Below, piece after piece: positions 10,271 to 20,214 of a DNA stretch of 64,000 bases. This stretch comes from Burkholderiaceae bacterium (GTDB taxonomy: Bacteria; Pseudomonadota; Gammaproteobacteria; Burkholderiales; Burkholderiaceae_F). The translations under genes were made by a program, and so were the position numbers. Each line of letters starts with the position of its first letter. Position 1 is the first letter of the stretch. The notes under the pieces are model-generated. The model worked only from the letters and a program-made list of their open reading frames with translations. It made no database searches and was not told the origin of the DNA. Where the stretch lies: the NCBI GenBank assembly GCA_036270655.1, contig DATBCD010000025.1, positions 20,827-84,826 of the forward strand. The letters run 5' to 3'.

Positions 10271-10306
10271 GAGGTACGATCCGGCCGGTTCGACAAGGAG
10301 CCCGCG

Positions 10307-10636
10307 ATGCCTTCGTTTCGTCTACCGCTGTCCGGAAATGTCACGCAATCGATCAATCCGTGGACCATGCTGTTCAATCCGGTCGGCAGCCAGGTCGGCC
10401 TGGTGAACATCGACCTGGGCCAGTCGACCCAGCCGCAGGTCGAGCAGGAAGTGCTGACCGATGTGGCCAGCTACGGCAAGCAGATCGGGCGAATCGAGGA
10501 TGTGCTGATCGTGCTGCTCGATCACTTCAAGCCGAGCCGGCCATTGACGGCCGACGAGCAGGGAGCGATCGACGATCTGCGCAGCCTGGTGGCCGAGGTT
10601 CAGCAAGTCAAACAGCGGTTCGATCAGCGCCGCTGA
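10307..10636 (+). CDS. hypothetical 109-aa protein, no family recognised
   Basis: AAGGAG 6 nt upstream of ATG, 36 nt after the DUF4139 stop. No signal peptide. C-terminal half predicted helical. Confidence 0.6.
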   Translation: MPSFRLPLSGNVTQSINPWTMLFNPVGSQVGLVNIDLGQSTQPQVEQEVLTDVASYGKQIGRIEDVLIVLLDHFKPSRPLTADEQGAIDDLRSLVAEVQQVKQRFDQRR

Positions 10637-10676
10637 TCGCGCGCAGCTGCGCCCGCGCAGCAGCAACAGCCCGCCG

Positions 10677-11120
10677 TCAGGAGGCCTCGCCGCCGAGGCG
10701 GAAGAGCGGTCCAAAACAGGCTTTCAGCGACTCGTCCTTGCAGATGATCATCATGTTCGACGACGGGTGGAAGCGGATATAGTTCGTCACCTCGGCTCCG
10801 ACCTTGGTGATTCCACCTGCGCAGTCCGGTTTGCCGTTGTCCTTCACGATCCGGTCGATGCTCTTGTAAAAGCCGTTGGCGCTGGGTTCGTCGGCGATCT
10901 CATAGACGCTCTCGGCGACCTCCTGGCCGCTGGTAACCAGCGTCGTTCCATCCTGGCGCATGTAGTAGGTCTCTTCGCAGTCCGTGTCCGGTACCGCGAA
11001 TATCCACGTGCCGAGGATCGGGTGATTCGTTTTCGGCGGGCGGGGCGGGTCGGCGCTCGCAAGGCTGGCGACCGCACCCATCGCGACGGCAAGCAGCAGC
11101 TTTCTCAAGACGAGCTCCAC
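10677..11120 (-). CDS. secreted/lipoprotein-like hypothetical protein (4 Cys)
   Basis: Signal-like LRKLLLAVAMGAVASLASA. High GC3. GTG 11120, or TTG 11108 preceded by GGAG. Lies 61 nt downstream of hutF on the same strand. Confidence 0.6.
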   Translation of the reverse strand: MELVLRKLLLAVAMGAVASLASADPPRPPKTNHPILGTWIFAVPDTDCEETYYMRQDGTTLVTSGQEVAESVYEIADEPSANGFYKSIDRIVKDNGKPDCAGGITKVGAEVTNYIRFHPSSNMMIICKDESLKACFGPLFRLGGEAS

Positions 11121-11181
11121 GGGTCGGTAGCGGACCGACGGAAGATACGCCGAAATTGCGTAACCGGTGGCCGGCCGCGCC

Positions 11182-12579
11182 TCAGGTGGCCGGCTCGCGC
11201 CACAGCTGGTCCATGGCCTGCTCGAACCGGGCCGCCACGTGAACGGCGGCCAGATGCTCGTGATCCTTGATCTGCCAGCGCCCGGCCACCATCACATCGC
11301 GCAACGGCCGCCCCGGACTGGAAAACACCAGCACATCCAGCAGCAGCGGGTCCGGAACGCCGAGCAGGCTCGAGTCCGTGCGGTCGACCACCAGCAGGTC
11401 GGCGCGGGCGCCGACCTGAAATCCCCATCGCGAAAAGCCCGCCGCCGCAGCGCCGCCGTGAAGCACGCGCTCGAGCAGCCGGCCCGCGGTCGAGGGCTGA
11501 CCCTGCGTCGGTGCGGCGCCGATGTTGCGCTGCTGCTTGAGCAGCCGCTGCCCGTATTCGAGCCAGCGCAATTCCTCGCGCCAGGTGCGCGTGACGTGGC
11601 TGTCCGAGCCGATCGAGATCGGAACGCCCGCCGCGAGCCACGCCGGCACGTCGGCAAAGCCGTCGCCCAGATTGGCCTCGGTCGTCGGGCACAGCACCAC
11701 GCCGGCGCCGTTGCGAGCGACCAGCTCGATTTCAGCAGGCGAGGCGTGCGTTGCGTGCACCAGCTGCCAGCGTGGATCCAGCCCGCCGCCCTGCTGCGAC
11801 AGCCATTGGATCGGCCGCGCGCCGAGCGCGGCCACGCACTCATCGACCTCACGTGCCTGCTCGGCAACATGGATATGGATCGGTCCGTCGAAATGCTCGG
11901 CCAGCTCCCGCAGCCGCGCGATCGAATCTCCGGTTGCGGCGCGCAGCGAGTGAATGGCCAGGCCGGCCCTGACCCCTGCCGGGCGGCGGGAGGCGATCGC
12001 GGCTTGCATCGCCCAAACCTGTTCCGCGCCGGCTCGAAAGCGGCGCTGTCCGGGCGCCAGCGCAGACTGATCGAATCCGGCCCGCTCGTACAGCACCGGA
12101 AGCAAAGTCAGCGGCATGCCGGCCTCGGCGCCGCCGACGGCCAGGGCCCAGCTCATCTCGAGCGGGTCCTGGTAGAGCGAGCCGTCGGGGCGGTGTTGAA
12201 GGTAGTGAAACTCGCAGACGTGGGTGTACCCGACGCGCAGCAGCTCGATGTAAAGCTGGGCTGCAATCGCCTGCAGCTGCGGCGGCTCGACCCGCCGCGC
12301 GATCCGGTACAGCGATTCGCGCCAGCTCCAGAAATCGTCGGTTTCGTGCTCGCGGCGCTCGGCCAGGCCGGCAAAGGCACGCTGGAACGCGTGGCTGTGT
12401 CCGTTCACCAGGCCTGGAAGCGCGGGCCCGACCAGGCGCTGCGCCCGCGGGGGCGGCTCGGACACCTCGGGCACGATACGGGACCACAGGCCATCGGCGC
12501 CGGCTTCCAGCAGCACCGCCGACTGCCAGCCGCCGTTCAGCCACGCGCTCGGTGCCCACAGCAGTGTGTTCTCAACCAT
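11182..12579 (-). CDS. hutF: formimidoylglutamate deiminase
   Basis: Start trimmed to ATG 12579 ([18 protein letters not shown]...). Amidohydrolase motifs PGLVNGHSHAFQR, IHIHVAEQ and IGSDSH. Same operon as hutI and hutG. Confidence 0.85.
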   Translation of the reverse strand: MVENTLLWAPSAWLNGGWQSAVLLEAGADGLWSRIVPEVSEPPPRAQRLVGPALPGLVNGHSHAFQRAFAGLAERREHETDDFWSWRESLYRIARRVEPPQLQAIAAQLYIELLRVGYTHVCEFHYLQHRPDGSLYQDPLEMSWALAVGGAEAGMPLTLLPVLYERAGFDQSALAPGQRRFRAGAEQVWAMQAAIASRRPAGVRAGLAIHSLRAATGDSIARLRELAEHFDGPIHIHVAEQAREVDECVAALGARPIQWLSQQGGGLDPRWQLVHATHASPAEIELVARNGAGVVLCPTTEANLGDGFADVPAWLAAGVPISIGSDSHVTRTWREELRWLEYGQRLLKQQRNIGAAPTQGQPSTAGRLLERVLHGGAAAAGFSRWGFQVGARADLLVVDRTDSSLLGVPDPLLLDVLVFSSPGRPLRDVMVAGRWQIKDHEHLAAVHVAARFEQAMDQLWREPAT

Positions 12580-13381
12580 TCGATGGCCGCCATTGAAGCA
12601 GGGTTCGAACCAGGCAGCGCAACACCGGCGCAAGCCTTTCCGATCTCTGCGGGTCCGGCCGGTAGGGTGGCGACTCCGGCATGTAGCAGCCCCAGCACAT
12701 CTCCAGCTGGGCCGCGTGCACGCCCTCGAGCGGCCGGCCGTACCGCCGCACGATGTAGCCGCCCTTGAAGCGGCCATCGGTCACATGCGTGAAATCGGTT
12801 TGCGACTGCAGCGCCTGGTCCAGGGCCTGCCGCAGAGAAGGCGCGCAGGTTGCGCCGTCGGCCGTGCCCAGGTTCAGGTCCGGCAGCCGCCCGGCGAAAA
12901 GCCACGGCAGCTCGGACTTGATACTGTGGCCATCCAGCAGCAACGCGTAGCCGTGCGCGCTTTTGAGGCGGCCAAGCTCCTGTTGCAGGGCGTCGTGGTA
13001 GGGCTGCCAGTACGTCTGGCGCCGGGTGTCCACCTCAGCCTGATCGGGCTGCAGGGCGGGCCGGTACAGCGGGTCTCCCGAGAAAAAGCGTTCCGGGCAC
13101 AGCCCCGTGGTGTTGACGCCGGCATACATCGGAGCGTCGTCCGGCGGGCGGCTCAGATCGATCACGTAGCGCGAATAGCGCGGCACGATCAGGCTCGCGC
13201 CCAGATCGCGCACGAACGCGTACAGGTCCGCCAGATGCCAGTCGGTGTCTTCCAGCGCTCGCGCCCTCGGCACCATCCGGGCCAGCAGCGCCTCTGGAAC
13301 CATGGTGCCACAGTGCGGAACGCTGACCAGCAGCGCGCTGCTGCCGCGGTGCAGGTGGAAGATCGGTTCGGCTTCGCTCAT
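12572..13381 (-). CDS. hutG: N-formylglutamate deformylase
   Basis: Start trimmed to ATG 13381 ([26 protein letters not shown]...). FGase-family pattern. Overlaps hutF start by 8 nt and hutI stop by 4 nt. Confidence 0.85.
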   Translation of the reverse strand: MSEAEPIFHLHRGSSALLVSVPHCGTMVPEALLARMVPRARALEDTDWHLADLYAFVRDLGASLIVPRYSRYVIDLSRPPDDAPMYAGVNTTGLCPERFFSGDPLYRPALQPDQAEVDTRRQTYWQPYHDALQQELGRLKSAHGYALLLDGHSIKSELPWLFAGRLPDLNLGTADGATCAPSLRQALDQALQSQTDFTHVTDGRFKGGYIVRRYGRPLEGVHAAQLEMCWGCYMPESPPYRPDPQRSERLAPVLRCLVRTLLQWRPSNG

Positions 13382-14589
13382 GGCACGAGCTGCACGCCGC
13401 CGCGGACGACGTGCTGGCAGGGATTGCCGCCGAGCCAGTAGGCGAGCTCGGCCGGATGTTCCAGGTCCCAGACCACGAAGTCGGCCCTCAGACCCTCGCA
13501 CAGGCGTCCGCGATCGCTCAACCCGAGAGCGCGTGCGCCGTTCACCGTGACCCCCAGCACCGCTTCCAGCGGCGTCAATCCGAACAGCGTGCACGCCATG
13601 TTCAGCATCAGCCGCAACGAGAGCGCGGGCGAGGTCCCGGGGTTATGGTCGGTGGCGATCGCGATCGGAACCCCGGCGCGGCGCAGCGCGGCGATGGGGG
13701 GCACGCGGGTTTCGCGCAGAAAATAGAACGCCCCCGGCAGCAGGACGGCCACGCTGCCGTAAGCTGCCATCGCAGCCACGCCGTCGGCTCCCAGATACTC
13801 GAGGTGATCGCACGACAGCGCGCGGTAGCTCGCAGCCAGCGCCGCGCCGCCGCAGTCGCTGAATTGCTCGGCGTGCAGCTTCACCGGCAGCCCCAGGCGC
13901 CGCGCCTGTTCGAACACGCGCGCGGTCTGGTCGCGAGAAAAGGCGATCCGCTCGCAGTACGCGTCCACGGCATCGACCAGCGACTCGGCGCTCAGTTGGA
14001 CCAGCCACTGGCACACCGCTTCGATGTAGTCGTCGGCGTGCCCCGCGAACTCCGGTGGCAGCGCGTGCGCGGCCAGGTAGGTGGTGCGCACGCCCACGCC
14101 ACGCTCGTGCCCGAGGCGCCGTGCCACCCGCAGGCAGCGTCGTTCGTGCTCGAGCGAAAGTCCGTAGCCGGATTTGATTTCGATCGTCGTGACCCCGTCG
14201 GCGCGCAGCCGGTCGAGACGCGCGCCCGCGCTGGCGAAGAGCGATTCTTCGTCGGCCCCACGCGTGGCCGCGACCGTTGATCGGATCCCGCCACCCGCCT
14301 GCGCGATCTGCTCATAGCTGGCGCCCTGAAGCCGCAACTCGAACTCGGATGCACGCTGACCGCCGTAGACCAGGTGGGTGTGGCAATCGATCAGGCCCGG
14401 CGTAACCAGCGCGCCGCCAAGGTCATGCTCCGCCTCGATGTCCAGGCCTGGTTCAAGGTCACCCTCGCGCCCGATCCAGCGCAGGCGATCGCCGTGCACC
14501 AGCAGCGCGCCCGGGTCGATCAATCCCCAGGGTTCGCGGCCGGCCAGAGTCACGATTCGTGCATGGCGCCACAGCGTCGAACGCATCAT
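13378..14589 (-). CDS. hutI: imidazolonepropionase
   Basis: Start at ATG 14589 or 14586 ([15 protein letters not shown]...). [30 protein letters not shown] and [11 protein letters not shown] are HutI motifs. Confidence 0.9.
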   Translation of the reverse strand: MMRSTLWRHARIVTLAGREPWGLIDPGALLVHGDRLRWIGREGDLEPGLDIEAEHDLGGALVTPGLIDCHTHLVYGGQRASEFELRLQGASYEQIAQAGGGIRSTVAATRGADEESLFASAGARLDRLRADGVTTIEIKSGYGLSLEHERRCLRVARRLGHERGVGVRTTYLAAHALPPEFAGHADDYIEAVCQWLVQLSAESLVDAVDAYCERIAFSRDQTARVFEQARRLGLPVKLHAEQFSDCGGAALAASYRALSCDHLEYLGADGVAAMAAYGSVAVLLPGAFYFLRETRVPPIAALRRAGVPIAIATDHNPGTSPALSLRLMLNMACTLFGLTPLEAVLGVTVNGARALGLSDRGRLCEGLRADFVVWDLEHPAELAYWLGGNPCQHVVRGGVQLVP

Positions 14590-14662
14590 TTCATCGTAAT
14601 TGCCGCGCCGGGTCTGGACAAGTACAGTGCCACCAACGATTGATGGTGTGCTGAATTTTTCG
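14590..14662. promoter_or_regulatory. 73-bp divergent hutI / hutU control region
   Basis: Called by position only (between the divergent start codons). Contains the imperfect dyad TGGaCaaGTACagtGcCA (14615-14632). Confidence 0.4.
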
Positions 14663-16366
<1,704 letters not shown>

Positions 16367-16429
16367 GTCACCGGTTTCCGACCGTTTTCGTCCATTGGGC
16401 CCGACGGACCGCTGCGGGGCGCCGACGCG

Positions 16430-17968
16430 ATGATTCTCGAGCCTGGCGAGTTGACGCTGGATCAGTTGCAGGCCATTCATGCCTCCCGTACGCCGCTGGA
16501 GATCGCCCACCCTGCGCGCGCCTGGATCCGCGCCGCCGCCGACCTGGTCCAACGCGCGGCGCAGGGCTCCAGGCCGGTCTACGGGGTAAACACGGGCTTT
16601 GGCAAGCTCGCCAGTCAATCGATCGGCCGTGAACAGGTCGACGCGTTGCAGCTGAATCTGGTGCGCTCGCACAGCGCGGGCGTGGGCGAGCCGCTGGCGC
16701 CGACGGTGGTGCGGCTGATGCTGGCACTGAAGGCGGCCAGCCTGGCGCGCGGCTACTCGGGAGTGCGTGAGCAGGTCGTCGATACGTTGATCGCGGTTCA
16801 CAACGCGGGTCTGATCCCCTATGTGCCGGCCCAGGGTTCGGTGGGCGCCTCGGGCGACCTGGCGCCGCTCGCGCACATGACGCTGGCGCTGCTGGGCGAA
16901 GGCCACATGTGGGTTGACGGCCAGCGCAAGGAGGCTTTGCCGGTTCTCCAGGCCGCCGACATCGAGCCGCTCAAGTTGCAGGCCAAGGAGGGCCTGGCGC
17001 TGATCAACGGCACCCAGACCTCCACCGCGCTGGCGCTGCACGCCCTGTTCACGTTCGAGCCGGTGCTCGAATCGGCGCTGGTGATCGGGGCGATGACGGT
17101 CGACGCCGCACGGGGCAGCGACGGTCCGTTCGATCCGCGCATCCACGAATTGCGCGGGCAACCGGGGCAGATCGATGTGGCGAAGTACTATCGCGCGCTG
17201 CTGGCTGGCAGCCAGATCCGCAGCTCGCACCTGGAGGGAGACGATCGGGTGCAGGATCCCTACAGTCTGCGGTGCCAGCCGCAGGTGGTCGGAGCCTGCC
17301 TGGATCAGCTGCGCCACGCGGCGGCGGTGCTGCTGCGCGAGGCCAACGCGGTGACCGATAATCCGCTGGTGTTCGTTGCGGACGACGCGTTGATATCAGG
17401 CGGCAATTTCCACGCCGAGCCGGTCGCATTGACGGCCGATGCCTGCGCCGTGGCGATCGCCGAGGTCGGCGCGATCGCCGAGCGTCGCATCGCAATGCTG
17501 ATCGACGGCGCGGTCTCCCGTCTGCCGCCGTTTCTGACCGGCGAGGCCGGCCTGCACTCGGGTTTCATGGTCGCGCATGTCACCGCGGCCGCGCTGGCCA
17601 GCGAGAACAAATCGCTGGCCCATCCCGCCAGCGTCGACTCGCTGCCCACCTCGGCCAACCAGGAGGATCACGTCTCGATGGCCTGCTTCGCGGCGCGCCG
17701 CCTGCAGGCGATGATTTTCAACACCGCGCACATCCTGGGCATCGAGCTGCTGGCCGCGGCGCAGGGCATCGAGTTTCTCAGGCCGCTGCGCAGTTCGTTT
17801 GCGCTGGAGCTGGCGCACGGGCTGCTGCGCGATACGTGCCAGCCGCTGCTGGGGGACCGCGCGCTGGCCGACGACATCGAGCGCGCAACCGCCCTGGTCA
17901 CCGGCGGAGCCCTGTCGCGCGTATTTCGCACACTGCCCAACCTGACTCCCCTCTGGCCGCTGGCGTGA
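16430..17968 (+). CDS. hutH: histidine ammonia-lyase
   Basis: GSVGASGDLAPLAH (ASG of the MIO cofactor), NQEDHVSM. 512 aa. Confidence 0.92.
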   Translation: MILEPGELTLDQLQAIHASRTPLEIAHPARAWIRAAADLVQRAAQGSRPVYGVNTGFGKLASQSIGREQVDALQLNLVRSHSAGVGEPLAPTVVRLMLALKAASLARGYSGVREQVVDTLIAVHNAGLIPYVPAQGSVGASGDLAPLAHMTLALLGEGHMWVDGQRKEALPVLQAADIEPLKLQAKEGLALINGTQTSTALALHALFTFEPVLESALVIGAMTVDAARGSDGPFDPRIHELRGQPGQIDVAKYYRALLAGSQIRSSHLEGDDRVQDPYSLRCQPQVVGACLDQLRHAAAVLLREANAVTDNPLVFVADDALISGGNFHAEPVALTADACAVAIAEVGAIAERRIAMLIDGAVSRLPPFLTGEAGLHSGFMVAHVTAAALASENKSLAHPASVDSLPTSANQEDHVSMACFAARRLQAMIFNTAHILGIELLAAAQGIEFLRPLRSSFALELAHGLLRDTCQPLLGDRALADDIERATALVTGGALSRVFRTLPNLTPLWPLA

Positions 17969-18019
17969 AATTCACTCTCCCCTCTCCCGCTTGCGGGAGA
18001 GGGGCGGGGGAGAGGGTGA
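17966..18019 (+). repeat. REP-like palindromic element
   Basis: TGAAATTCACTCTC-CCCCTCTCCCGC-tt-GCGGGAGAGGGG-CGGGGGAGAGGGTGA. 12-bp stem. Its first TGA is the hutH stop codon. Confidence 0.75.
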
Positions 18020-18105
18020 TCGCGCGCTGGAAACGCTGCATTAACCTTTAGCGTGTACCGTATGGCGCATATTCGGCGCGAGCAGTTTCCCCGAAGGAGG
18101 TGCCC

Positions 18106-18774
18106 ATGCGTATCTTCCTAGGCGTTCCGAAAGGCGAAATCGCGTTATCCCTCGCCAGCGCATTGTTGCTCGCCGCGGGTCCGGCCCGGGGCCAGGCCGG
18201 ATCGTTCTTCAATGGCTCCTATGTCGCACTGAGCGGCGGCGTTGTCGGCCTGGAGGACTCGCAGCTCGATTACGGGGGTGCCCTGTCGAACGGCAACGTC
18301 CGCTTCGATGCCGGCTGGGCCGTTTCCGGGGCGGCGGGTTGGCGGGTGCTGCGCTTTTATCGCGTCGAAGTCGAAATCTCGCACCGCGAAAACGACGTGA
18401 CGGACATTGATCCTGGCTTCGCGCCGGACGGTTCGATGAAGTCGACCACCTACATGGTGAACGGCTACTTCGACATTCCGATCCGGCCCTACGAGGGCGT
18501 CGTGCCTTACATCGGCGCGGGCGTCGGCAGGGCCCAGTTCACGCAGGACCTGCAGGTCGACGGGGGCACGCTGTCGCACACGAACGCCCATGCGTTCGCC
18601 TACCAGGCAATCGGAGGCCTCGAGCTTCCGATCATCCCGCGGCGGATGAGCGTCACGTTCGAGTATCGCTACCTGGCGACGACGCGCCCTCTATTCCAGG
18701 ATCAGGGCGGCTTTTTCTACCACGCCGACTACGACAGCCATACCTTCCTGGCCGGCTTGCGCTGGGGCTTTTGA
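18106..18774 (+). CDS. outer-membrane beta-barrel protein (OmpW/OMP_b-brl-like)
   Basis: GAAGGAGG 5 nt upstream of ATG 18106. Signal peptide. Alternating beta-strand pattern. C-terminal ...FLAGLRWGF. Confidence 0.65.
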   Translation: MRIFLGVPKGEIALSLASALLLAAGPARGQAGSFFNGSYVALSGGVVGLEDSQLDYGGALSNGNVRFDAGWAVSGAAGWRVLRFYRVEVEISHRENDVTDIDPGFAPDGSMKSTTYMVNGYFDIPIRPYEGVVPYIGAGVGRAQFTQDLQVDGGTLSHTNAHAFAYQAIGGLELPIIPRRMSVTFEYRYLATTRPLFQDQGGFFYHADYDSHTFLAGLRWGF

Positions 18775-18776
18775 AT

Positions 18777-20153
18777 TCAGAGCTCCGCACGCAGGCGCAG
18801 GCCGAAGATCGACACCGGCCCGCGGTCGGTGTTGTAGGCGGGATTCACGACGTACTGAAAGTCGACGCTGATCGACAGGTACTCGGCAAGATGGGCTGCG
18901 TAGTAGGTTTCGACGATCTTTTCGAAGCCGTAATGGGGAAGTTGCCCATCGCCGATCAGGATGCCGATTCCGCCCGCCGAAAAGTAACGGCGTGCGGCAC
19001 TCGACAGCCCATTGACGACCCCGGCCACGCCGACTGTGTCCTGCGGCCGTTGCCACCGATTCCCAGCCAGCGACAGCCCCGCCGCCAATGAGCGGTTGAT
19101 CTCGGTGAAATCGAAGGCTTCTTTGCTGCCGTCGTTCAGGCTGGCGCGCACAAACAAGCCCAGGCCGGTGCCGAGCTCCTGTTCCAAATTGCCCGCGACG
19201 CCGGGGCGCGACGCCATGTGCCGCACCTGCGACGTGTCCGGCACCGCGCCCGTCGCCAGCGCCAGGCTCACCGCATCGTCGTAGGTGCCCATCCTGCCCC
19301 GGTTGTCAAAGGCCAGCAGCTTGAGTTTTCCCGGGTGGTTCAACCACCTGTGTCGCTCTTCCGCCTCCGCGACCACTTCGAACTGCTTGAAGCTTCGATC
19401 CAGCTCCCTCTGGTTCGGAACGCGCGACAGCGCGAACACGCCCCCGCGCAGCGTCCACCAGGACTGGGTCCATTCGGCCGCGAGACCGTAGGTGTAACCC
19501 CAGGCATCGGCCGCGTAGTCGTAAGCGCCGGATTCGATCACCGACCAGTTCATGAAGTCGGTCCGCGCATCGTGCGCGTACCGGTTGGTGTCGAAGATGT
19601 CGACGGCGGAGAGTTTGCCGGCGGTCAGCGTCACGTTGTCGGATGGTTGCCGGTCGGCCAGCTGGTTGGGCCCAGGCGGTACCGGCTCCTCCTCGCCCCC
19701 GAGGCCGAAAACCTGCCGCAGAAACAGGCGCGGCGTTCGGTAGTACGGCTCGGCCACGCCGATCTTGTACGCCTCGCCGCTCGAAAAGCCCGCCAGCCCC
19801 ACGCTCGTGCTCAAACCGAATCCTTGATCGACCTCCGGATCGACGTACGCGGCGGCGCCTTTCCAAAGCCGCACGCCCGCGTACAGGGTCAGGTCGACCG
19901 TCTCCCTGCCGCTGTTGCCCGCATCGAGGCTGTTCGTTCCGCGGTACGGAGACTCGAAGGACGGGTGGTATTGCTCGACCGCCGTGAACTGGCCATGCAG
20001 GCTCCAAGCTTCGGGTGCCGTGTCGGCGTCGCCCGCGCTACCAGAGGTTGCAGCACCCTGCGCCGACGCGCCGGGATCGGAGGTGGCACCGACTGCAGTC
20101 CCCGCCAGCACCGGGCACAACGCGATCAGCAACAACTGGATCGTTGCTCTCAT
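18777..20153 (-). CDS. carbohydrate-selective porin, OprB family
   Basis: Signal peptide MRATIQLLLIALCPVLAGTAVG. HGQFTAVEQYHPSFESPYRGTNSL...DLTLYAGVRLWKGA resembles the OprB-family N-terminal region. C-terminal ...FGLRLRAEL. Confidence 0.7.
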   Translation of the reverse strand: MRATIQLLLIALCPVLAGTAVGATSDPGASAQGAATSGSAGDADTAPEAWSLHGQFTAVEQYHPSFESPYRGTNSLDAGNSGRETVDLTLYAGVRLWKGAAAYVDPEVDQGFGLSTSVGLAGFSSGEAYKIGVAEPYYRTPRLFLRQVFGLGGEEEPVPPGPNQLADRQPSDNVTLTAGKLSAVDIFDTNRYAHDARTDFMNWSVIESGAYDYAADAWGYTYGLAAEWTQSWWTLRGGVFALSRVPNQRELDRSFKQFEVVAEAEERHRWLNHPGKLKLLAFDNRGRMGTYDDAVSLALATGAVPDTSQVRHMASRPGVAGNLEQELGTGLGLFVRASLNDGSKEAFDFTEINRSLAAGLSLAGNRWQRPQDTVGVAGVVNGLSSAARRYFSAGGIGILIGDGQLPHYGFEKIVETYYAAHLAEYLSISVDFQYVVNPAYNTDRGPVSIFGLRLRAEL

Positions 20154-20214
20154 TATTCGAATTCTGAAGGTGTGGGTTCAAGGCTGTGGTCCTTCAAGTT
20201 CCACCGGCGTCCGG

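Noticed and set aside
10645-10660. GCGCAGCTGCGC perfect palindrome between the convergent 109-aa ORF and the lipoprotein gene, as a possible terminator
   Set aside because: There is no loop and no T-tract. A 12-bp GC palindrome of this kind is common by chance in high-GC DNA.
12580-12777. N-terminal extensions of track ORFs. Examples are hutF to 12777, hutG to 13594, hutI to 14745, hutU from 14600, xthA to 5162, folE2 from 32974, OMF from 26290, liuB from 52594, MFS from 52112, aceK from 47444 and liuC from 57231
   Set aside because: The extensions overlap the neighbouring gene, are Arg/Ala/Pro-rich, and precede an internal Met that aligns with the conserved N-terminus of the family. The starts were trimmed accordingly.
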